Shown: positions 1-13,387 of the stretch, piece by piece
Numbering within the stretch: position 1 is the stretch's first letter
Layout of the letters: each line of letters begins with the position of its first letter
Assembly (NCBI GenBank): GCA_951406725.2
Contig: OX597832.1
Coordinates: forward strand, 61,566,001 to 61,630,000
Length of the DNA: 64,000 bases
Source of the DNA: Octopus vulgaris
Taxonomy: Eukaryota
Direction: 5' to 3'
Program-made: the position numbers and the translations under genes
The notes under the pieces: model-generated
What the model was told of the DNA's origin: nothing
The model's database searches: none
What the model saw: the letters and a program-made list of their open reading frames with translations, nothing else

Positions 1-218
1 TTCTGCCCGTGATCTGAGATGTAAATATCGTCGGCCAATAAGGGACATGCTCAAGTGGCCAACGCAAAGCAACTGACAAGCAAATCTGTGGTATTGAGCA
101 GAATATTTGCTGTAAACCATCTTTTATACCAAGACAAAACACGTACATGTTAACTCTTGCGATCAGTTAAGATTAGAGGCCATTAGAGACACTGACTGTT
201 ACTGCATCATGGCGTTCA

Positions 219-269
<51 letters not shown>

Positions 270-270
270 A
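1..270 (+). mobile_element. 3' end of an interspersed retroposon followed by a (TAC)n tail
   Basis: Non-simple sequence (aagcaactgacaagcaaatctgtggtattgagcagaatatttgctgta...actgcatca) ends directly in (TAC)n at ~219-270. Recalled as a common octopus repeat; family not determined. Confidence 0.4.
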
Positions 271-713
271 ACACCGTACTAACATCATTAATGTTGTTTA
301 AAGCATATAAATACGATACAACCATTAAATAATTTTCACGTACCGCGCTCTTTGGTAATCATTTTACATACATGTTCATATTTTCCACTTACACACACGC
401 ACAAGCGACTATATATGGACATGTTTATGTCTGTTTGTTTGGGTATCTGTGTATTCATATATATGTATGTTTATATATGTGTGGATGTGTGTGTGTGAGT
501 GTGTGTGTGTATGCATGTATGTCTATGTGTGCATGTATTTATCACACAGTCTAATCAAATTGGAGTACTTATTAAATTTACGCTCATTAAACCGAATCTT
601 TAGATGCGCATTTTAATCAGTCAGTGTACATATATAGATATGTGTGTATATATATATATGTGGGTGTGTTTCTGTCTCTGTGTATGTGTGTGTTTCTGTG
701 TACAGAGAAAGAA

Positions 714-773
<60 letters not shown>

Positions 774-903
774 GGTGAGAGAGGGATAGAGAAAGACATA
801 GAGGAATGGAGAAAGATAAATAGAAAGACAGATAAATTGTGGGTATGTGTGTTCAGAAACACAAACCTATTTAGACGTATACATGCATTCACACATACAT
901 ACA

Positions 904-937
<34 letters not shown>

Positions 938-1670
938 CGTACGTACATACATACATACATACATACGTATACATGTATATATATGTCTATATGTGTACTC
1001 CACCTCACAACCACACGCACACATATACACATATATATATATATAGTTATTTATATGTATGTATATAAGTAGATGTGCATATGTGTATGTGTGCGTTAGT
1101 GCATGTGAGCATAGAGACCGGTGTGTGTGTGCGTGTGTGTGTGTGGAAGTACTTTGTCTTTTATTAAGAAGCATTGACTAGAACTGCCACAGCCGTTTCC
1201 ATGCATAATATTCACACACACTCACATTCCACACTATCTTACACTTGTATGAACACACACACAACCACATACACACATACACAAACGCATAAACACACTC
1301 GTACAAACAGTAATCCTCAGTCCGCGACATCTATAATTACGCACAAACACAAACATATAAACACACACATACAAACAGACAAATGCGCACACATGCACAG
1401 GAACACTTACACAGCTACACACAGATACACCCAAATACCCCTGCAAACACCAAAGTGTACAGAGGCAAGTCATTAAAAGTATTTCCAGTCTGTATCAATA
1501 ATATAATAAATGGTTTCACTAAATAATTTATTTAATTTCCAACAAAATTGTCTTCAGTTGTCGATTAAATTTTTAATTTATCTCTCTATATGTATGCCAT
1601 GCAATTTAAAATTACGCATGTAAAGCGCAGTAATATGTGTATCTATCCATCTCTCTTTTCTCTCTCGCTT

Positions 1671-2123
<453 letters not shown>

Positions 2124-2125
<2 letters not shown>

Positions 2126-4698
2126 GGACAGTGGATAGGGACAGTGTAGGTTGTCCACAATTCCATATAGTCAGCTACACAGACAACAAATTTGTGACTT
2201 GTCCACTTGACTTAGATAAAACACATAGACACACGGCACACCTGACTTACAGGGACCGGATTAGCACATTAGTTAAGAGAGCATTGACGGGTGCCATCAT
2301 CACCAACAGATGTTATTATACCCGAAAGAAATCAATTAAAGCAGAATCGGTCAGGTACAGTAAGGCCCCAGGATTAGAGCGAAATAGAATAGAGGAAGAC
2401 CTAGTTAAGAAATTAGAAGAGGAACTTATAACTGGCATCGTATCCAACGTACTGGCAGATCTAGAATGCGTGCTTTGTAAAGCGAGGAGCGGTGGCACTG
2501 CTAAAGAAAGATCCAAACAAGAAGAACGTCATAGATAACTTGAGGCCCATCCCTCTGCTCAACGCAGATTTGAAAATTTTGGCCAAGGTGTTAGCCAAGA
2601 TGTTGGCGCTTGTAATCGAGAAACTGGTCGACAAGGCGCAAACGTGCGCTGTGCCGATTAGGAGTATCTATGAAAGCCCCAATCTGACGCGCAACATCAT
2701 AGACAGGGTAGTTAAGGAACCTGGCATGGTTGGGGCGCTGATCAATTTGTATCAATCAAAAGCTTTCGACAGGGTAGACCATCACCACTTGGAGGCTGTC
2801 CTTAAAGGGGCTGGCTTCGGTCCCATCTTCCGTGCCAGGCTCGCTGGCTTATACAGCGGTATATGCTTGGTAGTTCGCGTAAATGATCAACTATCCAGAC
2901 CATTTAACATCATGCGTTCGGTTCGTCAAGGATGCCCCCTCTCGTCGCTTCTGTATGTATTGACTCTTGAGCCACTACTGCGGAAGCTGGCGACGCTGAG
3001 GGGCATCCAACGAGAGTTGCGATGCGGGAGGAGTGTGTTTGTATACGCAGACGACGTCACTGTCATAGTGTCGAGACACAAGGACTTCGACCTGGTCGGT
3101 GACTAGAAGAATACGAAGCGGTAACGGGAGCAAAAATTAACCGGGGAAGTCAGTGGGCTTGCGGCTCGGCACCTGGAGAAGCAAGCCCATGCCGTCCAAC
3201 AGCGTCTCTATTGTGGAACGCTGAACCGACGGACCGGTTAAATTACTCGGAGTCTGGTTCGGTCCGGACATCCAAATGGAGAACTGGAGCGAAATAACGA
3301 CTAGGGTGGCCACTCTCACCCAGCAACCGGCTGAGAGGAAACTATTCCTAAAAGGTCAGGCGGAGTTGGCGAACGCGTACATCGCATCCGTCGTCGATTA
3401 CCGTCTAACTGTTGTGCCTTATCTCGACACTACCATCACCAAAATGGAACGTATACTCTTCCGCTTCCTGTGGAAGGGAAGCGTTCCGATGGTTAGGCGA
3501 TCCATTTTATGTCAATACCCGCTAAATGAAGGGCTAGGCATGCTGTAGTTGATGATGCCTAGACATGTGCTGAAACTATGATATCTCCGTCGCTTCAAAG
3601 ACGATGGTGAACAGGTGTAGTCGCCGTTTGTGCGGTGCGCTTTCCCGCAGTCATGGACCAAACAGAGACCAAACAGAGGCGAATGGTGCGGCGAGTGTCG
3701 CGTTGCTCTCCAGTAACTCTGCCGTCCGGGTCCAAATTTGTGCGACTGCATTATAACAAAGGTGTTTTATAGGGGATTAGTGGAGGGGAGGTACGACGAC
3801 GTTCTCAGGCAGAATCTCGGCGTCGACGAGGAATACCTGACCCGACTGTGCAGGACAACTTTCGGGCCAGTATCTATGGACAATCATCAAAGATCCCTGG
3901 CGTGTCAGTGAATCGAGAAGCATTACCTGTTCGGGATAAGCTCTACAGGCACGGTTCAAGACACACCGGACCGACTTGCCTGAGATGCGGTCAAAGCGAC
4001 GAAACCGTTCTGCACGCCCTCGTGCAGTGTCCAACCATTTCGGACCTGTGGGCTTATGCCGAACGACTGCTGTCACGTGTAGGGCGTGTCCGCCTGTCGG
4101 CCGATCTACCGTCTAACTGTCGTGCCTTATCTCGACACTACCATCACCAAAATGGCAACGTATATTCTTCATCGCTACTGGTGGAAGGGAAGAATGGTCA
4201 GGCGACATTTTCGAGCGAAAGGATTAGAGACAAACACTTACATCTCTGGCCAATCGCTCATCAACGTTTTTAAGTACCACTTGAAAAGGAAGGTGAGAAT
4301 GGAAAAGCAGAATTTTTCTCGGGAAAGTTTCAAAAACGGTGGCTGGATGTAGCAAAGATGGCGTGTGCGAGTGATGAAACCACTTTGAGCATGATCCTGT
4401 AAATCGAAAAAAGAGAGAGACCTTTTTGCTCTTATGTGATTATCCTCTCCCTGCCTGAGGTTACTGTGTTCTTTTCTGCAGGCTCTTCTTTCCACAGATA
4501 AAACTAATCTTGCTTTTTACATTTTTAAAATTCTTCTGTGATAGACGATCACTTTTGATCGTTTTTCACCCCGTCCCGATCCCTTTTGATCGGAATTTTT
4601 CTTTCCCTCCCCCTCTTTCCTTTTCATTTTCGTAAAGAAAATCTCAACATTTGTATTTGTCCCCTCTGTGTTCAGCCCTGTGTGGCCAAATAATGTTA
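2124..4698 (+). mobile_element. 5'-truncated, internally deleted Tx1/L1-clade non-LTR retrotransposon (ORF2 pseudogene plus 3' UTR)
   Basis: End of APE endonuclease (SYTDNKFV, SDH-like). RT motifs in ORF 2492-3106: NLRPIPLLNADLKILAKVL, QSKAFDRVDH, SVRQGCPLS, YADD at ~3044-3055. C-terminal CCHC CLRC..ETVLHALVQC at 3977-4030. Multiple stops and frameshifts; 3' UTR ends before (TC)n. Confidence 0.92.
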
Positions 4699-4718
4699 TC
4701 TCTCTCTCTCTCTCTCTC

Positions 4719-4766
<48 letters not shown>

Positions 4767-4982
4767 TAATATCTAGGGATCAAGGTGAAGAAAGTTAGCT
4801 TCAATCAATCCGTGGTAAATATAAAAAAACAAATTTCAGGGACAATAGTGGTTTATTGAGACAGACAGAATGTTGTGGATTATTTATTGTATCGAAGTAC
4901 GATAACCTGAAAAAGTTCTTGTTATATTTTACGGGATGCGAATAAAAATACAAGAGTTATGGAATGGAGTAGATAACATCCG

Positions 4983-5066
4983 AGCCACATATGTTTCATA
5001 GCGAGCGGAACCTCGGAAGTGGTAAATATCCAAATGAGGAGTATACCGCAGGCTACTCTTTAGGCC
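4983..5066 (-). ncRNA. Degenerate Penelope-type hammerhead ribozyme relic
   Basis: Minus strand reads GGC-CUAAAGA-GUAGC...GCUAU-GAA-ACAUAUGU-G-GCU. Stems I and II and the palindromic stem III are intact; the core is mutated (G5A, H17G). Confidence 0.45.
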
Positions 5067-5139
5067 AACGTCATCTTGATTATCTCGCTCTGTGTATATA
5101 TGCGTAAATCTATCTCATAAGACAAACAATAATCTAATA

Positions 5140-5295
5140 GCTTTCACAGAGTTCTTGTCTACCAAACTAACTCACAAAGCAGTAATTGGTCCGAGGACTA
5201 CACTAGAAGGCACTTGCTAAAAGTGCCGCGTATTGGTACTGAACTTGAAACTACGTAGGTTCCAAGCTAGTTTCGTAACCTCATAACCATACTGC
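5140..5295 (-). mobile_element. Degenerate head of the CORE-like tRNA-derived SINE
   Basis: Reverse complement resembles the head of the copy at 25598 (gttcagt-cca-t-cgcggcactttagcaagtg...cctcggaccaa...gtgagtt-gtttggtagac). Confidence 0.55.
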
Positions 5296-5644
5296 ATTTC
5301 CTTTTGACATGAACCGTCACATTCATCGGACAACTTGCCTTTGCAATATTACAGCAATTTAGTTTTTCTGCTTCGTTCGCTCAAATTATTCCATCAGACT
5401 TGTTCTGTTTAATGTTAGTGGAAGTTTTTTTTCCTTCCCTTGTGACGTCTCACTAATAATCCCAACGCTCGCATGTATGGATGGTCTAAAGGGAAGAAAA
5501 ATTGGTAGACTCGTTGCAGCATCGGAAAAAAAATGCCTTGTAGTATTCGTTTTGACGCTCTGCTCTTTCCGATTTCAAATCACGACAAAGTCAACGTTGC
5601 TCTGCAACCATACAGAGCTGATAAAAATAACCATTAATATATAT

Positions 5645-5684
<40 letters not shown>

Positions 5685-6699
5685 TGTGCGTGTGCGTGTG
5701 TGTGTATGTGTGTGTGTGTGTGTGTGTGTGCGTATATTCACTCTCTCTCTCTCATTCTCTCTCTCTTTATCTCCACACTCTCTTTCTTTCTTTTTCCGTC
5801 TTTCTACCGCAAGTGTTCTTCCGGTGTTTGGGTCTTTCTATTTATCTACCTACTTACCTACCTACCTATCTATCTATCCATCTATCTATATCTATCTATC
5901 TATCTATCTATCTATCCTATCTATCTATCTATCTATCTATCTTTTTGTATCCCGCCTTCACCGTCGGTCTCTCCATATCCCCCCTCTCTCTGTCTCACTC
6001 TCCCACTCCCTCCGTCTCTGTCTATCTGTCTCTCTCTTCTCTCTCTCTCCATGTTGCTATTCTTTCTCTGTTTGACTCTGTGTATCCACTATTACTACCC
6101 CCTCTCTTTCTCCCCATCTCTCTCATTCTCTTACTTCCCCATTCCCCCCCCCCATACTATGCGCTTACACCGTTTCCTACAGATCTGACCATCTTACTAT
6201 TCCTTTTATCTTTGAAGCAGCCATTTTACTTATTCAGAGACCGACCTCAATCAGTCATGAGACACAATCTGATAGACTGGCGAAAAGACTAGCTGAAAAG
6301 TTATGAGTATTTGTTAGTCTATATATGTGTACAGAACCGTATACACACACACACATACATACATACACACACACATATATATATATATCTATGTATATAT
6401 GTATGTATATATATACATATATATATATATGGATATATATGTGTGTATACATATACATGTATATATATGTATATATATATATACATATGTATGTGTATAT
6501 ATAATATATATACATATTTATATAAATATATAAATATATATATATATATGTATATATATATGTATCTACATATATATGTATATATATGTATCTATATACA
6601 TATGTATATATATGCATATATGTATATATATATGTATACATGAGTGTATATATATAAATATATATATATATATACACATATGTGTGTATATATATATAT

Positions 6700-6797
<98 letters not shown>

Positions 6798-7190
6798 TGT
6801 GTATGTGTATTGTGTGGTGCAGGTAGTACGGCGGTGGTGTGACGGACTGGAATAATCAATAATGATCGATTACATTGGTCGTAGACATAAATTCTAGACA
6901 ATATTAGCTGAAGCTAACTAAATAGTTACGGTGTCACTACTATATGAGTGAAAATGCTGCAATATTATAGACTGACAGATACACACACACACACATGCAC
7001 ACACACAGACACACACATAGACACACAGAGACACACACACACATACACACACACACACAGCTACTCATATACGTACGTACTTATGATCTTGTGAATATAC
7101 ATATAACCGTATGCACTTTCACACAGCAAAGAATGAGAAATTTTATTTACACATATACGCATATAATTGCGCGTACCCTGTCCCGTGCAC

Positions 7191-7275
<85 letters not shown>

Positions 7276-7303
7276 GCTATCTGTCTGTCTATTTGGCTAT
7301 CTG

Positions 7304-7342
<39 letters not shown>

Positions 7343-7347
7343 GTCTG

Positions 7348-7404
<57 letters not shown>

Positions 7405-7675
7405 ATATCTATCTATGCATATATATAAACATATATGTACGTACCTACCTCTAAATGTACATATACACGCATATATGAGTACAGGACAATTAACACAAAG
7501 AAAAAAACCCTTCTTCAGTCGCTAAGGGTTTCATCTACTCTACGTTTCGAAGGATATATATATATCTCGATGCATCTATCTATTTGTCTGTCTGTCTGAC
7601 TGTTTGTCTGTCAACTGTCTCTCTGTATATGTATGCATGTACGTATGTATGTATATATGTACGTAAGTATGTATG

Positions 7676-7708
<33 letters not shown>

Positions 7709-8505
7709 GTGTATTTATGTATGTATGTATGTATGTATCTATCCATCTATCTATCTATCAATGTATACAAGCACAGACACATCGGCACATACATACACAA
7801 GTATATATACATATATGCATACACCATATACATACATACACAGACATATACGCACGGCACCACACTCATATTCATTTGTATACGCGCGCATAAAACTATA
7901 AGCCGCATGGCCGTATGATTAAGCTTTTCTCCGAACAACACAGTGGTTCGATTTTACTATGGTGTATCCTGCGCAAATTAGTTTATATAGCCACGGATCA
8001 TCCCATGTCTTATGAGAAAAATGATTTGGCAAAAACAATATAGAAAACTGATAGGTTTTAGTTGTAATACAAATCTGTGAAGATTAAGTTAAAAGTAGAG
8101 TTAAGCTGACGCTTTAATTCAAGAGGAGATTACTCAGTTGGTCATACAACTGATTCTTCATCGTCGAAACTGATGGAGAACCATCAATATACTGGGTATC
8201 CATAAATTATGTTAACACTATGAATTATTCAGAAACAGAAATATGAATAAGGAAAATTCAACAGTACTTGTTGGTAAAGACAAAGTTTCGTTTGAAAACA
8301 TCTGGATACTTCCTCGTAGGCCACATTGGCTGTGCACAGCACATCAAAGCAATACATTGCGATAAATTGTGGAATTTCTAAATATAATTTATGAACAATG
8401 AACAGCAAGTACATAATTACGTATATACGTATCTACACTCGTAAATGTGGGTATATATATGTATTATTATTCATTAATTAAAAAATTGAAAAAAAAAAAA
8501 ACATC

Positions 8506-8540
8506 ACTTATAGCTGTTTCAGTTCCAGATCATCAGAAAA
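8506..8540 (-). ncRNA. Degenerate hammerhead relic (Penelope-like terminus)
   Basis: Minus strand CUGAUGA-ucuggaacu-GAA-ACAGCUAU-A. Stem II has collapsed and the palindromic stem III has one mismatch. Confidence 0.35.
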
Positions 8541-9265
8541 ATTAATAAAATTGAAAATTATTTGAAAGTCGAATCTCGTCAGAGGTAGTATAAGATATAC
8601 AAAATAGGTGTTCAATTCCTGCATGTTGAGTATACGGCTACAAACCGTCAATATATATATATATATATATATATAAATATATATAATATATATAGAAATA
8701 TATATATTATAATATATTAATATATATATGATGTTATATATACCAGAATATATATATAACCATATATATATTTACGTATATATTTGTATATATATATATA
8801 TATATATAATTTTTCACCCATTTATGAATTTATAAATTAGATATATATTGTATGAGTATTGGTTTACTGAGTCTTGCATGCTTTTGGGGGAAGCTAAAAA
8901 ACTATGAATATCGATCGCCGATGGATGTTTATCACGTGAGGGTTGATAAATTGTATGATGACAAAGGATGCCGATGACTTATAGACAAATATGTGAATAT
9001 AATTGCATATTATGTTGATAAAGAACAATTGTTCAGCATTAATCTATCTTTTCGTTGTATTTATTCTTACATTAGGGTGATGTTATTTCTTCTGTGGAAA
9101 CAACTTCGGTGGTATACCAGAATAAGGAGCTATTTCTACATAGAGTTAACCACTTAACGTTATATTTACGTATAAATTTGTAGTGTCTCCTGTTTTTTAT
9201 GTGCTAGGCACTAGGTGTTAAATGACGGTATTATTAAATTAATATTATTTTTCACCTCATTTATG

Positions 9266-9388
<123 letters not shown>

Positions 9389-9390
9389 AT

Positions 9391-10235
9391 ATTATTTGTA
9401 TGATCAATAAGTATCCGAACTACTGTTGCTATAGTAGCGAAGCTAAAGCACGCAGAGTGAAGCCGGTTGGTACAGATTGACCATGAACTCTACTATGTAT
9501 GCTCACTAAGGTTTAGCGTTCTAGCTCACTTCTACTTCTTACAGCAGTGCTTGGAATGAACGTTTGTAGTGTGCCTCCGTTGCATTGATCAATGACAGAA
9601 AATGGTAAGCAGAGAATCTGCATCAGATCTTGCCAAAAGCTTGCCGATATCTGAGCAGAGGCCAACACAAAGTTTTCAAAGAGTTTTCATCATTCGCAAC
9701 ACAATCAAGATCTTGTACAATTGAAACACGTGTGTCTTCTTGGTCAGTTGAAGGCAGCTTTGGCACAAACTCGGCAGACATACGCCTCATTCCCAAATCT
9801 CCCGTCATAATGGATTGAACTGAACCGTATCTAAACTAGTGATTCGACGATTTGCCCTCACAGCTACACTCGCAGAACTTTCTCAGTTCTGCTGGCTGCG
9901 GGTCACCCAGAACTTTTGTCAATATCGACATTTTTCGGCCATCTTGGAAGCGTCTGAACCACTTGTACACTCAAACACTCCTCTCCATACACTTTCTGCA
10001 GCTTCGCGTAGGCTTCTGATTAAGTATCGCCGTGACAACTTTCTCCGTCATGGTCAATGCGACGATCACACGTTATACTCCTTCTTCCAAAGCACTGCTG
10101 TAAACAGCGGAAGTAAGCCAGAACGTAAAATCTTAGTGCAGATTCAAAGCCAGCTTTTGCGAAGCGGCTTTAGTCTGCGTGGTGTAGCCTCTTTACTATG
10201 GCAACAGTCCAGATATTTATTAATCAGATATCGCA
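9391..10235 (-). mobile_element. Non-autonomous mariner derivative with ~250-bp inverted ends
   Basis: Termini gatcaataagtatccg / cagatatttattaatc. The minus strand encodes a mariner N-terminus (DLGMRRMSAEFVPKL, WVPxxL-like). Same family as 28918-29775. Confidence 0.85.
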
Positions 10236-10279
10236 AATATATTGAGAATTTTCAAAACAAAAAAAAAAAAAACGAAGAC

Positions 10280-10380
10280 TGGTTTCTAAACAACAAACAG
10301 ATGTATTAGTTTAACGCTCGGGAAGTGAGAAATTCTTTTACGTTTCGAGCCTACGCTCTTCGACAGAAATAGACAGAAAT
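10280..10380 (-). mobile_element. Penelope-like terminal fragment with a hammerhead-like motif
   Basis: Minus strand 10337-10369 reads UUU-CUGUCGA-A-GAGC-GUAG-GCUC-GAA-ACGU-A-AAA (A6U core deviation). A homologous copy lies on + at ~12025-12110. Confidence 0.5.
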
Positions 10381-10791
10381 AGACAGAAAATAGAAAAAGA
10401 TTTAGTGGCTAGCGATCTATCATGGCGAATGCCGGACAGAGGGGTCACATAGGAGAGCAAGGAAGAAAAGGGGAGATAATAAAGTAGGGGTGATCTCAAA
10501 ACGAAGGTTTGACACACAAACACACACATACACACACAAATACTTGTTATATTTTGAAATGTATATAATATTCAAAATCATTTCAGTGGGAGCATTTACA
10601 TGGAAATGCATCCTTTGGTTGTATGCCTGTCTGTCTGCATGTACGTACGTATGTATGTATATATATATATATATGTATATTTGAACATATGTTTGTATGT
10701 ATATCTGTCTATCTACCAGTGTATGCATGTATGTATGTGCGTTTGTATATGAGTCTTTGTGTATATATGTATGTTTGTCTATGTATATATG

Positions 10792-10845
<54 letters not shown>

Positions 10846-10937
10846 CCCATGTATTTTCGCATTTCTGTTTGCTGTCTCTGTGTATGTGATGTATGTATAT
10901 TATTTACATTGTTTACATTTAACGGATATTTGTTGTT

Positions 10938-10983
10938 AACACAACGTTTCGACTGATATAACTTCCAGTCTTCATCAGGTTTC
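10938..10983 (-). ncRNA. Minimal type I hammerhead ribozyme (minus-strand copy)
   Basis: GAAAC-CUGAUGA-A-GACUG-(10 nt)-CAGUC-GAA-ACGU-U-GUGUU; one mismatch in stem I. Confidence 0.65.
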
Positions 10984-11073
10984 TTGGGGAAATTTCGAAC
11001 TTCTTAAGAGCGCAGGTTACTAATCCCAGGATTCCGAGTTCGATTCCAATCAGTGACCTGAATCATCATCATC

Positions 11074-11122
<49 letters not shown>

Positions 11123-11174
11123 CAACATCGAAAAATACCTTAGGAATGAGAATCCAGGATGGAAATTTCCCCAA

Positions 11175-11220
11175 GACACCTGATGAAGGCTGGAGGGTAT
11201 ATCAGCCGAAACGTTGTGTT
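11175..11220 (+). ncRNA. Minimal type I hammerhead ribozyme
   Basis: GACAC-CUGAUGA-A-GGCUG-(10 nt)-CAGCC-GAA-ACGU-U-GUGUU. Intact core, 5-bp stems I and II, palindromic stem III; predicted cut after 11215. Confidence 0.75.
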
Positions 11221-11877
11221 AACAAACAAGATGAGGACAAATATCCGTCAAATGTAAATAATGTAAATAACATAAATTCCTCATCTCTTAAATATGGAAC
11301 TGTAGTATGTCTGTCTGTATGTAAGTATGTACGTATATATGTACGTACGTACGTGGGATGTATGTGTGTATACATCCTGAAAATTAGGTTGTCTACAACC
11401 CCTTTTATGTCCCGTTACAAAATCTAAATATATCTACTTCCCAGGATAAAATTAATAGCTGATAAATAATTAAATATTCTTTATGAACTCACCTAAGCTA
11501 AAGTACTGACGCCATACACACGAAATTGTGACGTATTTCCCACAGAGCTATATCGCAAGAAATGACGTCATGTCTGGAGTTTTGAAGAAAAAGAAAGCGA
11601 AACAACGGATGATGCTGCCATCAAAGAATATAATCAGGTTATCGAATTGAAATTCGTCCAAATATACAGACGGAAAATTATTTGTATGAAGCAGCGAAGT
11701 TTTATTACGTCATAAAGACTGTAAGAAAAAACTATTAAACAGGCTCAACCGAAACGTTGCTGTCGGGATGGTTGCTGCAAAGCATCCGAGTAGAAGCACA
11801 CATCATCATGATGTGAAAGTTGTTTATGCTTCTTCTCTTGACTCTGTCTTTCTATGTTGTTTTAATTGCTGTTATTT

Positions 11878-11968
11878 CGTTGGCAGAATTATTAGCACTT
11901 AACACAAAATGCCTAGCGTTATTTCTTCCGGCTCTTTACATTCTGAGTTCAAATCCTGCCGAGGTCGT
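11878..11968 (+). mobile_element. Nin/Deu-domain SINE head fragment
   Basis: tggcagaattattagcac...ttctgagttcaaatcctgccgaggtcg matches the family head seen at 27951. Confidence 0.7.
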
Positions 11969-12024
11969 CTAGCATATTGTAACCATTAATTCACACACGT
12001 ATATTGTTTGTTTGTTTGTCTGTC

Positions 12025-12110
12025 TCCGTTCCTCTCAGTAGACGAGCTTAGGCTCGAAACATTTAAGACTTGCTCTATTTTTCCTGTGCGTTAAACAAAT
12101 ACAATTTTAT
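12025..12110 (+). mobile_element. Penelope-like terminal fragment with a degenerate hammerhead-like motif
   Basis: gagcttaggctcgaaac...gcgttaaacaaatac is the reverse-complement homologue of 10300-10370. Confidence 0.45.
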
Positions 12111-12864
12111 TGTTCGTCTTCTCATCGACTCTGCATTTTTTGTACATTTTTGTGTTTTTAGACACACGCACACACACACATTCACGCATAAATGCGTGCG
12201 CGCATGTGTGTGTGTGTGTCTGTCTGTCTCTACGTATGATGTATGTCCCCGCGCATACAGAATGCATCCTACATTTTCGAGTTGTGACATAACGTGCGTA
12301 GTCAACATTTTTAGAAGGCAACACATAGAAAGAATACATTTTCAGTGATTTCTTAAAGAGGAGTGAATAAAGAATATTCAGAGTTCTAGTTTATAAAACA
12401 AAAAAATATTGAAATCTATGCAGTAGTGTAATGAGTGATAGCAAGAGGTAACAAGGATTAATATTGCATATCAATAGGAACCAAATATATGTGTATGCGA
12501 GACAGGAAAAACCGCATGATTTACTATATACACCGAGATTTATATGAAGCAGAGTGGAAGCTGATGTTGATCGAATGAGTTGGTGGTGGACACAGAAAAT
12601 GTGACATGACGAAGAAAGCGATGTTGCCTCTATGCTGTGAAATCCGCAACTAGTTTGAAACCGCTGCTTTGCTGCTGTAGTGAGTTTCGCCAGCTAAGGC
12701 AGATCACTGCCGATTTATTCATACGCTTCCAGCTCTGATTGGCCGGAATCTTCCACAGCATAACTGAACTATGTCACAGCAACAAAATGGATCTTTCCTG
12801 TCTCACTACACGTATATGCATACATATATGTACTTATATTGTTGGTTGACCACTGAGTGTTCAT

Positions 12865-13387
12865 GAGCTATTCCGCCCTTTGACAAGTCTTATTTTTCGT
12901 CCTGCAGGGTGTCCAACAATCATCCTCCTCACCAACCAAGCAAGCTTGATGGGGTTGGCAGTTTAATCGCCAACAACCCAACCATGCAACAGGTTCTACT
13001 GGGCTACATGTTACCAGTAGACCCCAAGGGCGGGGACGTGGAAATACCTGGATTGGTGTCCAGGCGCGTGATTGGCACACTGGGGGTGGGAGGAGCCTCT
13101 GTTGTTGTCCCAACATCTCTCTAGGAGAGAGAAACTCTGAGAGTAAACTGTGTGACACTGACAATATCCGATGATGTAGACTAGTTCTTCTTTCCGAGTT
13201 AATTTTGTCCTTGAGAGAGTGGGATTGGATTTCTGAAAGTCCTCTCCCCACGATAAAAAAAATCATCATGCACAGGCATAGCTTGAAAAAAGTAAGACCT
13301 ATCACAAAAATGGCTGGTCGTAGTCTTCGCGTGTGCGGAACTTTCCATCAGGCGATGGCAATACTCGAACACGAGTTTGCAGCCACT
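12865..13387. mobile_element. Unclassified GC-richer interspersed repeat(s), possibly retroelement UTR
   Basis: Compositionally distinct island that abuts (TATG)n at 13388; no recognisable protein motif. Confidence 0.3.

Larger units (their letters stand above)
10899..11302 (+). mobile_element. tRNA-headed non-autonomous Penelope-like element with an inverted 3' copy at its 5' side
   Basis: Arms 10899-10997 and 11160-11272 are reverse complements. Between them lie a tRNA-like fragment with a B box (gagttcgattcc, within ~11004-11058) and (ATC)/(AAT)n. Confidence 0.7.

Noticed and set aside
8300-8350. HDV-like ribozyme pattern (act-tcctcgt-agg-ccacatt-gg-P4)
   Set aside because: No upstream P1 partner was found, P3 is mismatched and J4/2 is non-canonical.
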